Positions 14,562-27,504 of a stretch of 64,000 bases of DNA are shown one piece after another (the first letter of the stretch is position 1; each line of letters opens with the position of its first letter). The position numbers and the translations under genes were made by a program. The notes beneath the pieces were generated by a model. That model saw only the letters and a program-made list of their open reading frames with translations. It was not told the DNA's origin and did no database searches. The DNA is taken from assembly GCF_018350175.1 (NCBI RefSeq), contig NC_058368.1, positions 49,044,001 through 49,108,000 of the forward strand. Reading direction: 5' to 3'. The stretch is from Felis catus. Taxonomy: Eukaryota.

Positions 14562-14991
14562 ATTTTGTTTTTTAAAATGTTTATTTATTGAGGCTCCTGG
14601 GTGGCTCAGTTGGTTAAGCATCCGATTTTGGCCCAGGTCATAATCTCATAGTTCCTGGGTTCATGCCCTGCACCGGGCTCTGTGCTGATAGCTCAGAACC
14701 TGGAGCCTGCTTCAGATTCTGTATCTCCCTCTCCCTATGCCCCTCTCCCGCTCATGTCCTATCTCTCTCTGTCTCTCAAAAAGAAATAAACACTAAAATT
14801 AAAAAAAATAAGATTTATTTTTAGAGAGAGCAAGAGTGAGTGGGTGCGGGGCAGAGGGAGAGGGAGACAGGATCTAAAGTGGGATCTTGTTGACAGAAGA
14901 CAGCCTGACACAGGGCTCGAATTCACAAACTGCGAGACCATGACTTCAGCTGAAGTCAGATGTTTAACTGACTGAGCCATCCAAGTGCCCC
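14562..14991 (-). mobile_element. Carnivore SINE (outer), interrupted in its tail by a second SINE
   Basis: Reverse-complement head ends 'ctgagccatccaagtgcccc' at 14991; 15-bp TSD ttatcttctgctttt at 14547-14561 and 14992-15006. Confidence 0.9.
14590..14810 (+). mobile_element. Carnivore SINE (inner, nested)
   Basis: 'gaggctcctgggtggctcagttggttaagcatccga...cctggagcctgcttcagattctg...aaataaac'. Confidence 0.92.
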
Positions 14992-15079
14992 TTATCTTCT
15001 GCTTTTTAAAACATGACAATGTATTATGAACCTTTTAAAAATCCCAGTTAATATATTCTTAAAGTATTATTTTAAATAA

Positions 15080-15410
15080 TAATAATGATTATGCTCACAA
15101 TAATAGTTTTTGGCGTTTTTTTCTAAGTGCTTTACATTATCTATTTAATTCTCATAATTTTATGATGTAGGCACTGTTGCTATATCCAAAGCTACATGAT
15201 TAAAACCCCCACATTTATAATTTCTAATAATAATGGTTAAATTTACAAAGTGCTTATACTGTGTTGGTCATTATGATGATTGCTTAATATAAATTATTTA
15301 ATCTTTTTCCTGATAATTTTATGAATTTGTCTCGTTGAATGGGAAGACTGTTCATAGAGGTAAAGTAACTTGACCAAGCCAATTAGCAGTAACATAACTT
15401 AAGCCCAGGT
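15080..15410 (-). mobile_element. Two MIR fragments
   Basis: 'ctaagtgctttacattatctatttaattctcataat' and 'gaggtaaagtaacttgaccaag' are antisense MIR motifs. Confidence 0.6.
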
Positions 15411-15639
15411 AAAAAAAAGATGAGTCTTTATGAAATGTTATAGTAAATCATTTCAGTGACCAAGTGCCAGGAAATTGGATCCTAAACAGAACCCAAGGTG
15501 TAATTTGCTATCTGGTTCTTGGGAGTTTTCTGGAATGTGAAAAATTAGTGTTGTCAAAACCTGAAAAATAGCAGAGTGATTTCCTGGTTATTGTGCCTCT
15601 TCCCACCAACCCCCCTTCCCCCCCAAGAAGAAGATCCAT

Positions 15640-16040
15640 TCTCTTCTCTTTCCTGTTCTGAGCCTAAAGTTTGCCCATCTGGTTTTTCCTTGGAGTTGGT
15701 CCATGGAAGAAACCAATAGAAGATGGAGGAAGGGAGAGAAAAAAATCAAAGCATTTCGTCCTCTCCCTTCCTTGATGACAGGTCCCTGGCAATGGCTGTG
15801 CCCTCCTACACTTACGGCTTCTGCCCTGGCAGCTCCTTCAAGTTGACTTTCTCACTGATTTCAGGAAGTGCCTTTTCTTCTCCTTTCAACCCAAGCTGGC
15901 ACGATGGCATCCCACTCTTGCCAGTCTCTGGAAGCCTTGTCATCTCTTATTGTGCTTTTAACCCTGCTTACCCCTTCCATAAGTAGTCCCTTCACTGGGG
16001 TCTTTTTATATGAACTTTAAAGAATGAGTTCTCTTTCTTA
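15640..16040 (+). mobile_element. ERVL LTR, LTR33-like
   Basis: 'ggcaatggctgtgccctcc...ttaaccctgcttaccccttccataagtagtcccttca' matches my recollection of the LTR33 3' half. Confidence 0.7.
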
Positions 16041-17019
16041 CCTGGGTCCCAATCAGTTAAAAGGAAAAATAAAAAGTGAACTAGGCTGATCAGTAGATTA
16101 CACTTTCCAGTGACAGAGATAATGAAGACAGGATATTTTGACAATGGTGCTTGGAAGTTATGCTGGCAGCCAAAATGAGAAGTATCTGATTGTGCAGAAA
16201 CAATAAAAGAGAAACAGCCAGAGATTCCAAGGATTCACTTATCAGCAGTGGCATCCATAAGGCATGGAACTTTCACTTTCATTACGAACGGTCAAGTAGG
16301 GTCTAGCCACTATAAAAATATGGACCCAAGAAAGTGGAAATGTTGATTAATAAAGATCCTGTGCATACTCCATAGAGACATTCTTACCCTTTGAGCTGGA
16401 GGAAGTAATGGATTTTGCAATATAGCTGGGAGAGGTGAACTATGGAATTACAAATCCTATCCCCCCCCTTCCCTCCCCTCCCTCAGGCTAGCAGTGGTGG
16501 TGGAAACCCCCCATCACATGCTAATGCAGCACTATTGTGTTGCTGTGGTAGGAAAAAAACCTAAAACTGTCATTTTAATTTAAATTCTCAGGAGACCTCA
16601 ATCTAAGATTTATTGGGGCTTCCTTTCTAAGCAACAAGTTTAGGAACTCATATCACTTTGTCTTGAAAAATGTTTCTTTGATAATTGACTATATTACAGA
16701 AAGTATTTCCCTTTATACTTGAGTTTAATTTTTTGTATTCCCTCATAGCCTTGTGCAACAAAAAGTTTGGTTGAGCACTGCAGCAGTACCATGAATAAGT
16801 TCTTTGATGCCTATGTGGTTTTGCTTAAACTCATGGAAATGTCCTATTTTCTCCATATCACCCCAGGCAACCTATTGGGCAGATGCCTACCGTCCTTTCA
16901 AGATATTGCTCAATGACTAACTTGGCAGGAAGTCATTCTTGACACTCCCCTTCCCAATCTCTCCAGGTAAAATTCATCACTTTTCTGTTGTCAGAAAACA
17001 GGCCACCATATAAAGTGCC

Positions 17020-17465
17020 TGTAGGAGAGACAAAACTACTTCTAGCCATCTTAGGTTTATGGCAATGACTGTTTAACAAGAGAAAAAAAACCAAATAGTT
17101 TATTAGAGTCGGTAGTATGTATCAGGTGGGTGAAACCTAAACTAAAAGTAACTCAAAATGGTGGCCTAGAATTCTACCTTTTATAGCACCTTCAACAAAG
17201 AACAGAGAACAGTAAATTTATAGAGAAAAGGTAGGACAAAGAAAAGCAGTTATAGGCTTCCAAGGGCAGCAAACTGTGGGAAGGAAACTAATGGAGTATG
17301 GTTTGTTTGCAGATCCTCTGGTACTGTCTCTAGGTTGGTAAGAGTCTGTCTCCAGTCAAAGTTGAATTTATATCCTGCCCTTAGGCGGAAAGGAGAGAGA
17401 TTTTTCTGCGTTTGCTGCTGTTTAATTGCCTTGAACTCAAAAATCATTTTTATGTCAAAAGTATC
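17020..17465 (-). mobile_element. ERV1 LTR, MER34-like, lying inside an L2 3' fragment (about 16880-17610)
   Basis: Begins 'tgtaggagag'; contains 'tttaattgccttgaactcaaaaatcatttttatgtcaaaagt'. L2 motifs flank both sides, e.g. 'tgtaagctcctggagggcagg'. Confidence 0.65.
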
Positions 17466-17729
17466 CTTTTCACCAATTTTTACAAGTCTCTCTCATGTAC
17501 CTTTTGTAAGCTCCTGGAGGGCAGGTTTATGTCTCATTTGTCTCCTTCACATTTATTACAGTTGCCTCATCAGAATCTGCATATAATAATGATCTTTGGG
17601 TGAATAAGTAAACATCCTTTTAGTCTAACACAGGATGTGAAGAGCAAGTAAGTTTTTGGTCCAACTTTTTCTAGAATTTACAGTTACTCCCCTTTTAACA
17701 TTATAGGAAAATCTAAGAATAATTGAGGC

Positions 17730-17939
17730 AGCTTCTCTTAATTGCCCACCTTATATTCATTTTTCCTTTACTGATAAACACAACTCTAATTTTTGGAAAA
17801 AAAGCAATTTATTGTGTTTAAAATATTCCTTTCTGTATTCATGCTTTCCAGATCTAACTAATGTGATATAAGTGGAGGTATTTATTGGAAATTTTCTGGT
17901 AGCTTAGGTACTAAGTTTCTGTTTCTCTCTGTCTCTGTC

Positions 17940-18033
<94 letters not shown>

Positions 18034-18290
18034 TCAATTGGTATAAATTTTTGCCACTCCATCTTGATCCTTCTTCTTCCCTCAAACATAGATGTGATGC
18101 CTAGAAATATAACAGCCTTCCTATCTTCTGTGTCCAGAGATAGAAGTAGTCTGGTTCTTTACACATCAGTCCTACATAACTTTCAACTCTATTCCTTGTT
18201 ATAGGAGATTAAAAAAAGTCTTTACTTGTCTGAGCCATTGTTTGTCAGATTTCTGTAATATGTAGCTGAATACAATCCTGAACAATTCAG
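17730..18290 (+). mobile_element. Old MaLR LTR (MLT1J/K-like) containing a microsatellite
   Basis: 'atagatgtgatgcctagaaat' and 3' end 'ttgtctgagccattgtttgtcagatttctgtaatatgtagctgaatacaatcctgaacaattca'. Confidence 0.6.
17924..18031. repeat. Compound microsatellite (CTGT/CT)n(CA)n
   Basis: Directly visible. Confidence 0.97.
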
Positions 18291-18660
18291 CAATGTAAGT
18301 CTCTTGATAGCTTTTATTAACTTTTCACTTGTCATTGATTCTGTGGACAGGAAAATGGCTATGGGCCAAGATGCAGAAGGTTAACAGATTCCCAGTTATT
18401 CTAAAATAATTTCAAGCATTGAGTCAGCTGTTCCCCCTTCTTTTTAAAATTATACCTTAATGATTTGATTGCTTTTTTAGATAAACTTTATGTATGAGCA
18501 CCTCTAGTGATGACAGCTTTAACAGCATGAACCAAGATGGCCTTAAGAGACAAATGATTCTATTATCTAACTGTTGTTAGAAAAGAGGTGCTCAGTAGCA
18601 CTATAAGAAAACTAAAAGCATATTCTGTAACAGACACTCCCTAACATTGAAAGGATTACT

Positions 18661-19563
18661 TTTTTTTAATTTTTTTTTTAATTTTAATTTGTTTTATTTT
18701 TTATTTTTTTAAATTTACATCCAAATTAGTTAGCACATAGTGCAACAATGATTTCAAGAGTAGATTCCTTAGTGCCCCTTACCCATTTAGCACATCCCCC
18801 CCCCCCCACAACCCCTCTGGTAACCCTCAGTTTGTTCTCCATATTTATGAGTCTCTTCTGTTTTGTCCCCCTCCCTGTTTTTATATTATTTTTGTTTCCC
18901 TTCCCTTATGTTCATTTGTTTTGTCTCTTAAAGTCCTCATATGAGTGAAGTCGTATGATTTTTGTCTTTCTCTGACTAATTTCACTTAGCATAATACCCT
19001 CCAGTTCCATCCATGTAGTTGCAAATGGCAAGATTTCATTCTTTTTGATTGCCAAGTAATACTCCATTATATATGTATATATAAAAATATATATATTTAT
19101 ACATATATATACATATACATATATATATTATGTGTATATATACATATATATACATATATACATACGTATATACATATATACACATACATATATACATATA
19201 TACATATACATATATATACACATATATATATTGTGTGTATATATATATCACATCTTCTTTATCCATTCATCCATCGATGGACATTTGGGCGCTTTCCATA
19301 CTTTGGCTATTGTTCACAGTGCTGCTATAAACATGGGGCTGCATGTGTCCCTTCGAAACAGCACACCTGTATCCCTTGGATAAATGCCTAGTAGTGCAAT
19401 TGCTGGGTCGTAGCATAGTTCTATTTTTAGTTTTTTAAGGAACCTCCATACTGTTTTCCACAGTGGCTGCACCAGCTTGCATTCCCACCAACAATGCAAA
19501 AGAGATCCTCTTTCTCCGCGTCCTTGCCAACATCTTTTGTTGCCTGCGTTGTTAATGTTAGTC
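18661..19563 (-). mobile_element. Relatively young 5'-truncated felid-type LINE-1 (ORF2 C-terminus plus 3'UTR)
   Basis: Poly-T tail. Minus ORF 19314-19499 '[27 protein letters not shown]' is the L1 ORF2 C-terminal domain. 17-bp TSD ttgaa(a/t)ggattactttt at about 18647 and 19564. Confidence 0.95.
19068..19248. repeat. Imperfect (TA/CA)n microsatellite inside the L1
   Basis: Directly visible. Confidence 0.95.
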
Positions 19564-20569
19564 TTGAATGGATTACTTTTAAATAACTCTACATATTTAG
19601 AAAATTTATTTGGTTACCTCGATAGTAGATATCATGGGCCAATAAGCCATCTCGCCTTCAGGTTGGTGGTTCTGATGCTTAGCTTCAATTCCTCATGAGG
19701 ATGCTACCAAGATTATTCTATGGCTATGGCACTATTACAGTAACTCATGCTCTGAAAATAATTCAGGAAAACACACTGTCCTGTTCCCCAGTGTGGAAGT
19801 TTTTGGACTCCCATCAAGCAATTTGCCTAGAACTTATTCAAAGAAGTGTTTTTAGGTAAAACCTGGTTGTCCCTATAGGAATTCTTACTTCTGTGAAGAA
19901 GTAATGCAGTCTTTCCCCTGGCGAGATAACTTCATAATCCACTGAATAGCTCTCCCCTCCTTTTAGCTGGTTTTCATACTTATGCTTATGGATCTACCTT
20001 TTCAGAATACTGCTGGCATCAGTTCCCTGTCATAGAAGCAACCTAAAATAGTTTGCTGCAATAAAATGACTCTAGTGCCTAGAGTAAGTGTTTATTAATA
20101 TAATTAGAAAGTGCTCTTTAGGGAGGCTTGTTTACAGCATTGCATGGAAGTTTGTCCTTTTTCCTGTTTCCTGTGTTGATGGATCTTGCAGAGTAGTGGC
20201 TCCTTCTGTCTCTCTCATTTTTGCTTCCTAACTTCTTGAATCTATATTATAGAATGCTAACAGCTGACTGGTCCAAAGTTTAATTTGGGTTAGAAAACTC
20301 CAGTCAGAGGGAAGTGCTTCTAACTCATTCATTCAGGAATCCTCAGTTCAATCTCCCTTGGATAAAGTTGAATAACCAGCTGCATATTTGAATCTCATTA
20401 GCCTTGGCTGAGATGTCCTTTCATATGAGTCCCTGACTTCTAAGAAAGATGAACGAGAAATGGCCACATAAAATTCATCTTGGTGACTGTGGTAAAGCTG
20501 ATGACAAGGACATTTTCTATTAAATCGTTGAAAAGAGTCATTGTGGTCTGTTTATAATAGAATCCATCC

Positions 20570-20820
20570 TCCTTCCTATTTTTTTCTAACAGAAGTCAGC
20601 TTGTTAAGGTATTCAGCCATATTCCATGAAGTACAAAAGATGAAGGCAGGATTCCTCCTCCTTTTCCTGGTACCTAGTGATATAAGGAAAATATACCCCA
20701 ATTTGGGCCAATGAGACATGAAGAGAGGTTTCCTAGAGGTTTCTAGAATTGGTCTTATTATTTAAGCTAATTCAAATTGGTCTTTTTAGTACTTGTAGCT
20801 GAAGGGATTCTAACTGATGA
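20570..20820 (+). mobile_element. Old MaLR LTR fragment (MLT1K/L-like)
   Basis: 'ggccaatgagacatgaagagagg' and 'tacttgtagctgaagggattctaactgat'. Confidence 0.55.
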
Positions 20821-21133
20821 AGTCACTGCTTATTTTCTAATCAATTTCTTTTGAAATATACTAGCAGGAAATACTTTGTATTAGAGCTGTGTAGCTTATC
20901 TAGTTTATTTTGACCTCCAGGAAGACTAGAGCCAATTTTATGTGCAGTGACAACAACTATGTTGACATTTGGTATAAGCATAATTCTTCAATTTTCTCTT
21001 TTTTATCTAAATGATCATATGTTGTGTTTTGTTACCCACATTTTTGGAATAATAAAAATGTATAATCTTATATAGACTTAATATATGAGAGATAATTCTA
21101 ATTAAACACTATTTCTTCTCTAAGTCGATAGTC

Positions 21134-21346
21134 TTTTTTTTTTCACATTTATTTATTTTTGTAAGACGGAGAGAGACACAGCACGAACAGGGGAGGGGCA
21201 GAGAGAGACACACACTAAATCGGAAGCAGGCTCCAGGCCTTGAGCTGCCCGCACAGAGCCTTATGCAGGGCTCGAACTCACAAACCGCAAGATCATGACC
21301 TAAGCCGAAGTCAGACACTTAATCTACTGAGCCACTCAGGCGCCCG
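21134..21346 (-). mobile_element. Carnivore SINE (SINEC)
   Basis: Reverse-complement head 'ctgagccactcaggcgccc'; degenerate TSD taagtc..tagt. Confidence 0.93.
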
Positions 21347-23573
21347 TAAGTCAGTAGTTTTTAAACTGTTTTGTGGGCTGCAGATCCTGTTCTATAAAGA
21401 AAATCTTTCACTGAATGCCAATATATACAATGAAGTGGAAATATTTTTGGTCAAAGCTTAGGCAATAGGCCAGGAGTCTCACCCTATTAGCCCCATACCA
21501 TATCTCCTTACTTATACATAACTTTCTCAGTCTTTCTGGAAATTTTGGAAAATCCTTATATTTTCTGTTTCTTTCCTCAGTGCTGATGCACCATTTCCCA
21601 AAGATATTTGAACTATAATTAAACTTTTAGTGTTCATCTTGAAATCATTATATATGATCCTCATACAACTATACTCTTAAAAGGCCATGCTTTTCATGTT
21701 CCACATAAAGACAACTGATCGACCTGAGTACTGCAGTTCAAATGGATGTAGACTATCTGCTGTCAAGGCATTAAAATAGCAGCTATAAATAGATTTTTAC
21801 CTATTGAGCCTAGATATGGGTATTCTAAGAGAGATTATAAGCAAAGCATATACCCAGAAATCTAGCTTTTATTTCTATCTTCTTCACCCCATTCCAACAC
21901 TCTACCCTGTAGATATCAACTTTTTTCTAAATTTTAAAACCTATTCTTTCATTCTTTGCTTTTATTAAAATATAAGTGTGCACACATACGATTGTGTGTG
22001 TATGTAAGAGCTTCAGAGTTGTCATCTAAAGTGTATTTCAGATACTTTTCTCTCTCTGTCTTTTTCTTTTCCCCACTGAAAAATATATCCTGGAGATTAC
22101 TTCATAAAAGCATATATATTCCCCATTTTTTTCTACAGCTACACGAGCCACAAGATTTTCCATTGTATGGATGTTTGTTCTTCTACTGATGGACATTTTG
22201 TGTGTTTCATTCTCTTGCTTTCACAAATAATTTGGCAATTACTATATGTGTATATGGCACATATGTACCTTCTATATATCTCTTTGCTAAAATTTCCAGT
22301 GTGTTTTTCAGGTAGAAGTAAAATTTCTGGGACATACAGTAAACGCATACACAATTTTGGTAGATATTGCCAAATTTTCCTCCATGTATCTTTCTGCATT
22401 GCATCAGCAATATATGGGAGTGTTCACTTCCTTACAGCCTTTACAAGAGAATATATTGTTGAAATTTTGGATATTTGTCAATAAAATATGTGAAATATGG
22501 TAACAGTGTAGTTTCAATATGCCTTTTTTCTTTTTAAGACCAACATTGAGGATAATTTTATATAGTTAAAGTCCATTTGCATTTCTTTCACTGTAAACTA
22601 TTTCTGTAGCTCAGTTTTCTACAGCTGTTGGTGCTTTTCTTGTATATTTTTAGAAGCTCTTTATGTATTAGCAATATTATCCTTTCTGTGTGATACAAGT
22701 TGCAAATATTTTCCCATAAATATTATTGTTTTTTATTTTGATTATTTTTCCTTTTCATGTATTTTTAAAATTTTATGTAATAAGATGTATTTTTCCTTAC
22801 CTCTGGATTTTGTGCCGAACTATAAAATATTTCCATGTAACAGGTATACAGAAAAATTCACCAAGCTTCTTTGTATTACTTGCATGACCTCATTTCTACT
22901 AAGAAATCTCTAAATCATCTGAAATTTATCAGGTACTTTTTTCCACCATTTAAAAATATATATATTTTCTGACTAAAAATGCTGCCTTTATTGTACGCCA
23001 AGTTTACACATATAATTGGGTTTATTTCTAAATTTTCTCTTCTGTTTCCTTAAATATCTTCACTAATAGCAGATTGTGTTTCTATACAGACTTAATAACA
23101 CGTCTTAGCATTTGATGGGATTAGTCCCTCTCATTGCTTTGTTTTTTGCGATGCTTCTATTTCTCCTTGTATCTCCTACAACTTCTGCTTTATAAAAGAT
23201 GTTGCTGCAGCATTGGATGTATAAAGATTAATTAAAATTATTGTGATTTACAGTCTTTGGCATCATAATGTGGCCTTGTGTCTCTTAGCACATTTATTTT
23301 ATTCTGAATTCTATCTTATCAGATATCAAGATTGTAACCCTACTCCTATTTTATTTGCATTTGTCTCATATACTTTTGTCAATCCTTAAAGCCAAAAACA
23401 AAAGCATTTTTCTGGATTGCTTTCTTCAAGATGTGTGATTTTCTTTGGTCGCCAATCTAAAAATTTCTTTTTATTTATATACATATATATACACAAACAC
23501 ATCAATCATATATAATTTCTTATACATATTTGTATGTATATATATCTTATAAAAATTTTTCAGATTGTATAAG

Positions 23574-23604
<31 letters not shown>

Positions 23605-23681
23605 CTATATTTTCTGTTCTACCATATTTTTAATGTTATATTAATATTTATACAAGTGTTTTATATAAATAGTCTATCTTT

Positions 23682-23899
23682 GGGGTGCCTGGGTGGCTCA
23701 GTCGGTTAGGCATCCGACTTCGGCTCAGGACATGTTCTCACGGTTGGTGGTTCAAGCCCCGCGTGGGGCTCTGTACTGACAGCTCAGAGCCTGGAGCTTG
23801 CTTCTGATTCTGTGTCTCCCTCTCTCTGGCCCTCCCCTGCTCACGCTCTGTCTCATTCTCTCTCTCAAAAATAAACAAACATTAAAAAAAATAAAAAAA
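23682..23899 (+). mobile_element. Carnivore SINE (SINEC)
   Basis: 'ggggtgcctgggtggctcagtcggttag' head; TSD aaatagtctat. Confidence 0.95.
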
Positions 23900-24250
23900 A
23901 TAGTCTATTATTCATGGGTTTTTTTCTCTTTCTCTCTTTCAAATATATATTTTGGTATTTAAATAGATATTTGGTATTTGTATTTTGATAATAGGTTTTA
24001 ATTTTTTTAATGGGTGCTTTTCTATCAATATTACCATATTAGACTCATAGTTTTCTCTTGACCCAACAGCCTTTTTCTTTTTTGGCTATTGCATACAGAT
24101 TGCTTATGATTAACACTATAGAGATTAGATCTATTAATTTTATCTTTTCCCTCTGCTGTCTTCCAGTATGCAATTTGAAGTAATATCCCTTTATATCTAG
24201 TAATCTTTTTTTATACTTTCTTTTGCCTTCCGCCTTGCTTTGATAATTGT

Positions 24251-24252
<2 letters not shown>

Positions 24253-24300
<48 letters not shown>

Positions 24301-24431
24301 TAGAGTATAAATCACACATATACTATATATATATATACATATATATGTATATATGTATATATATGTATGTGTATATATGTATGTATATGTATATATATGT
24401 ATATGTATGTATATATATGTATATATATATA
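24253..24431. repeat. (CA)n followed by imperfect (TA/TG)n microsatellite
   Basis: Directly visible. Confidence 0.95.
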
Positions 24432-25154
24432 ATTTTTTCCTTACTTAATCATCATTTATCTTAGTGTCAAGGGAAACATGTTTTTAATGTTTATCATGAG
24501 TTCTTAAATTGATGTTTCTCTAGCATTTTTAGTTGTTGGAAACTGATTTTCTAGTAGATTCCTCCACAGGAGTTCATGAGAATATGAACAATATTCACAG
24601 CCATATTTTCTATGGCCTTTACATCTGACAGTCAGTTTGGCTGAATATAAAATAAATCCTCAAACTTAAATTCTTTTCTAAAGTAGCTAAATTTATTACA
24701 CTATTATCATTTGGCACAAAGTGATACTATTAGAAATATGATGTAAATCTACTTTTGTTGCCCTTATAAGTGATTTGATCCTTTATGGATATCTTTACAC
24801 TTAAAAAATTTATTTTTTCTTCCTGTAAATTTTTTGTTTTTGGTAAGACCAGTAGTTTTATAGAATATGTTTCATGCTTGACATTTTGAGTATCAATTTT
24901 TCCTAGCTATATGGTATATCATTTTAATATATTGTCTCAAGTATATTTTATTTAAGGAAAAGTTCTTTTACGTAAAAAATTTTTTAATGTTGTTTCTGTT
25001 TCATTGCTTTGGTTTTCTTCTCTGAGGACTTCTACTGTGCATATATTAGATTTTTCTCTGAAACCCTTTAATCTCTTCATTTCCTTTTGAGTTTCAAATT
25101 TTCTTTACAAAAACAAACAAACAAACAAACAACAAACAACAAAACCTTTCTATT

Positions 25155-25348
25155 GAGGGCACCTGGCTCAGTCGGTGAGCATTTGACTTTGGCTCAGGTC
25201 AGGATCTCACAGTTACTGGGTTCAAGCCCTACACTGGGCTCTGTGCTGACAGCTCAGTGCCTGGAGCCTACTTTGGATTCTGTCTCCCTCTCTCTCTGCC
25301 CCTCTCCTGCTCGCACTCTATCTCTTGAAAATGAATAAAAGTTAAAAA
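25155..25348 (+). mobile_element. Carnivore SINE (SINEC)
   Basis: 'gggcacctggctcagtcggtgagcatttgactttggctcagg...cctggagcctactttggattctg'. Confidence 0.92.
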
Positions 25349-25496
25349 TTTTTTTTAAAATTTCTATGTCTCTGAAGCCATTTTCTATTGTGTTTGTTTG
25401 TTGTCCCTTCTAGTTTGGTCTTCACTTCTGAAACAATTTGTTTTCTAATGCATTGCTGAGTTCTATCACATCATTTCGTTTTTTTTCTTAACTCTA

Positions 25497-25860
25497 ATTT
25501 TTTAAAATTGAAGTATAGTTGATGATGTTATGCTAATTTTAGGTGTATAGCATAGTGATTCAACAAGTCTATACATTATGCTATGCTCACCACAGGTGTG
25601 GCTACCATCTGTAACCATATAACACTATTACCATACCATTGACTACATTCTCTATGCTGCACGTTCTATACTTGTGACTTATTCATTCTGTAACTGACAG
25701 TCTGTACCTCCCACTCCCCTTCACCTACGTTGCTCATCCCCTCACCATTTTCCCCCATGGCAACCATTAGTTTGTTCTCTGTTTTTATAGGTCTGTTTCT
25801 GCTTCTTGTTTGTTTCTTTGTTCTTTGTTTTGTTTTTTAGGTTACACATAGTAGTGAAAC
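25497..25860 (-). mobile_element. Carnivore-type LINE-1 3'UTR (L1_Carn/L1MA9-like)
   Basis: 'aattgaagtatagttga...catagtgattcaacaagtc...gctaccatctgtaaccatataa' is the reverse complement of the same 3'UTR seen at 30.7-31.0 kb. Confidence 0.85.
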
Positions 25861-26219
25861 GTTGACTTTTTAGATCTTTATCATTTTCTTAATTTCCTTT
25901 AGTTTGATTTGAAACCTTTTCTCATCATATTTTCTCTGTGACCCAAGATATGATCAAATTATGGGAATATCCTCTGTGCCCTGGAAATGAAGGTGTGTTT
26001 TATTAACAGAGGACAGTGTTTGAATAAATCTGTAAGATTTGATTTGTATATATTGGTAAGAATGTCTTTTTATTCGGCAAAAATATAATTTCACTTTTTC
26101 ATGGTTTTATTTTGTGTAATAACTTTATATGGAATTTCAGCATGATTCTTTTCTTTTACTCAATTTTCCAAGAAATTATTTTCTAAAACTTCTAGGGGTA
26201 AGAGATGGGTCCATATATC

Positions 26220-26576
26220 TGTCTTAGTCTGTTTGTGCTGCTATAACAAAGTACTACAGATTGGAGCCTATACACAGCAGAAATCTATCAATGACAGTTC
26301 TGACAGCTAGAAGTCTAAGATCAAGGTGCCAGTATACTTGGGTAATGGCCCTTTTCTGGGTTGTAAACTTCTCATGGTATCCTTACATGGGAGAATGGGT
26401 TAGAGAGCTCTTTGGGGTCCCTTCTATAAAAAGAGTACTACCCTCCCTGAAACCTCCACTCTTATCACCTAATAACCTTCTGAAGGCCTTGCCTTCTACC
26501 ACTGTCACACTGGATGTTAGAATTTGACATGTATATTGGGGTGGAGGGGACACACACATTCATTCAGACCACAGCA
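26220..26576 (-). mobile_element. MaLR solo LTR, MLT1A-like
   Basis: 'tgtcttagtctgtttgtgctgctataacaaa' to 'cattcagaccacagca'; flanks atatc/atagc (4 of 5 TSD bases match). Confidence 0.88.
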
Positions 26577-26608
26577 ATAGCTTTTTTTACTTTTTAGCTT
26601 TATACATA

Positions 26609-27504
26609 CGTTAAACCTCGTATTGTGAGTAACTTGCTCTGTGAGTATGCTGTAAGATGAGCAAATATTTCTAATAAATTTTAACTTGATAAATGAGGCA
26701 TGTCTTGCAATACGAGTAGTACGTGATGCCAAATGTCACATGATCACAACTGAGCCAATGGTTCTTCTGTCTCTCTCACTCTTTCTCTCTCTCACTCTCT
26801 TGTTTGCTGAGGGATTGTGGGTGATCATCTCCCATGCTTGGATCCTAGATCTCAGACCACAGTGATCTCCAACAAACTGATGGATCTGCATTGTGAGTAA
26901 TAGCAAGAGGTTGCAGAGGAAATCTCCTCTGCAGAGAAGGAGAAAAAGGCAGAGGAATCTCTCACTTCAAATGAGATTAGCAAGATGTGTCAAATGTGGG
27001 AAACTGCAAAATTTTGCAGAAAACCACCACCCAAATATGGCTGTAGCAGTCGCAGTGATTAATCTGTTCTACGATAATGCAATGTCACATTTCTGTGATA
27101 TCTTCAAAAGGAGGCAAAATCAAATGTCATTGGATAGGTTCCTTGTTAAAGTTGCATGAAAAGAAAAAAGATTCCATTGAGCCAAGAGACAGCAGTGATT
27201 CCATTAGTGATAGTGAATGTTGTAACTACACAATAACCCTCCTCTCTTGTCAACCTCACACCAGCCATGAAGCTTTTCAAAGGTCAGTGCAGTTTGTTTA
27301 TTTTCTTTATATTCTGAATTTTCTTTATTATTTTGTACTATATTACAGTATTGTAATAATTTTTATATGAATATTTTGAGGTTGTGGAACAAATAATCTG
27401 AGTTTCCATTATTTCTTATGGGGAAATTTGCTTTGATATACAAGTGCTTTGGATTATAAACATGTTTCTAGAACGAATTGTGCTTGCAAACCAAGGTTTT
27501 ACTG
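26609..27504 (+). mobile_element. Internally deleted TcMar-Tigger (pogo-like) DNA transposon
   Basis: TA dinucleotides at 26607-8 and 27505-6. Imperfect terminal inverted repeats (TIRs): left 'cgttaaacctcgtattgtgag' vs reverse complement of right end 'cagtaaaaccttggtttgcaag'. Residual transposase C-terminus inside. Confidence 0.85.
26900..27159 (+). pseudogene. Tigger transposase C-terminal remnant (frameshifted)
   Basis: One frame gives acidic EVAEEISSAEKEKKAEESLTSNEISKMCQMW; after a shift near 27007 it reads QNFAENHHPNMAVAVAVINLFYDNAMSHFCDIFKRRQNQMSLDRFLVKVA*. Confidence 0.75.

Noticed and set aside
16010..16030. Other minus-strand CAG|GTAAG donors (also about 10105 and 59815)
   Set aside because: They lie within repeats and lack an upstream pyrimidine tract or plausible acceptor. 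They show the chance background for this motif.
19036..19383. Tyr/Ile-rich ORFs (also 24240-24464, and CV-, RE- and SL-repeat ORFs elsewhere)
   Set aside because: These are translations of dinucleotide microsatellites.
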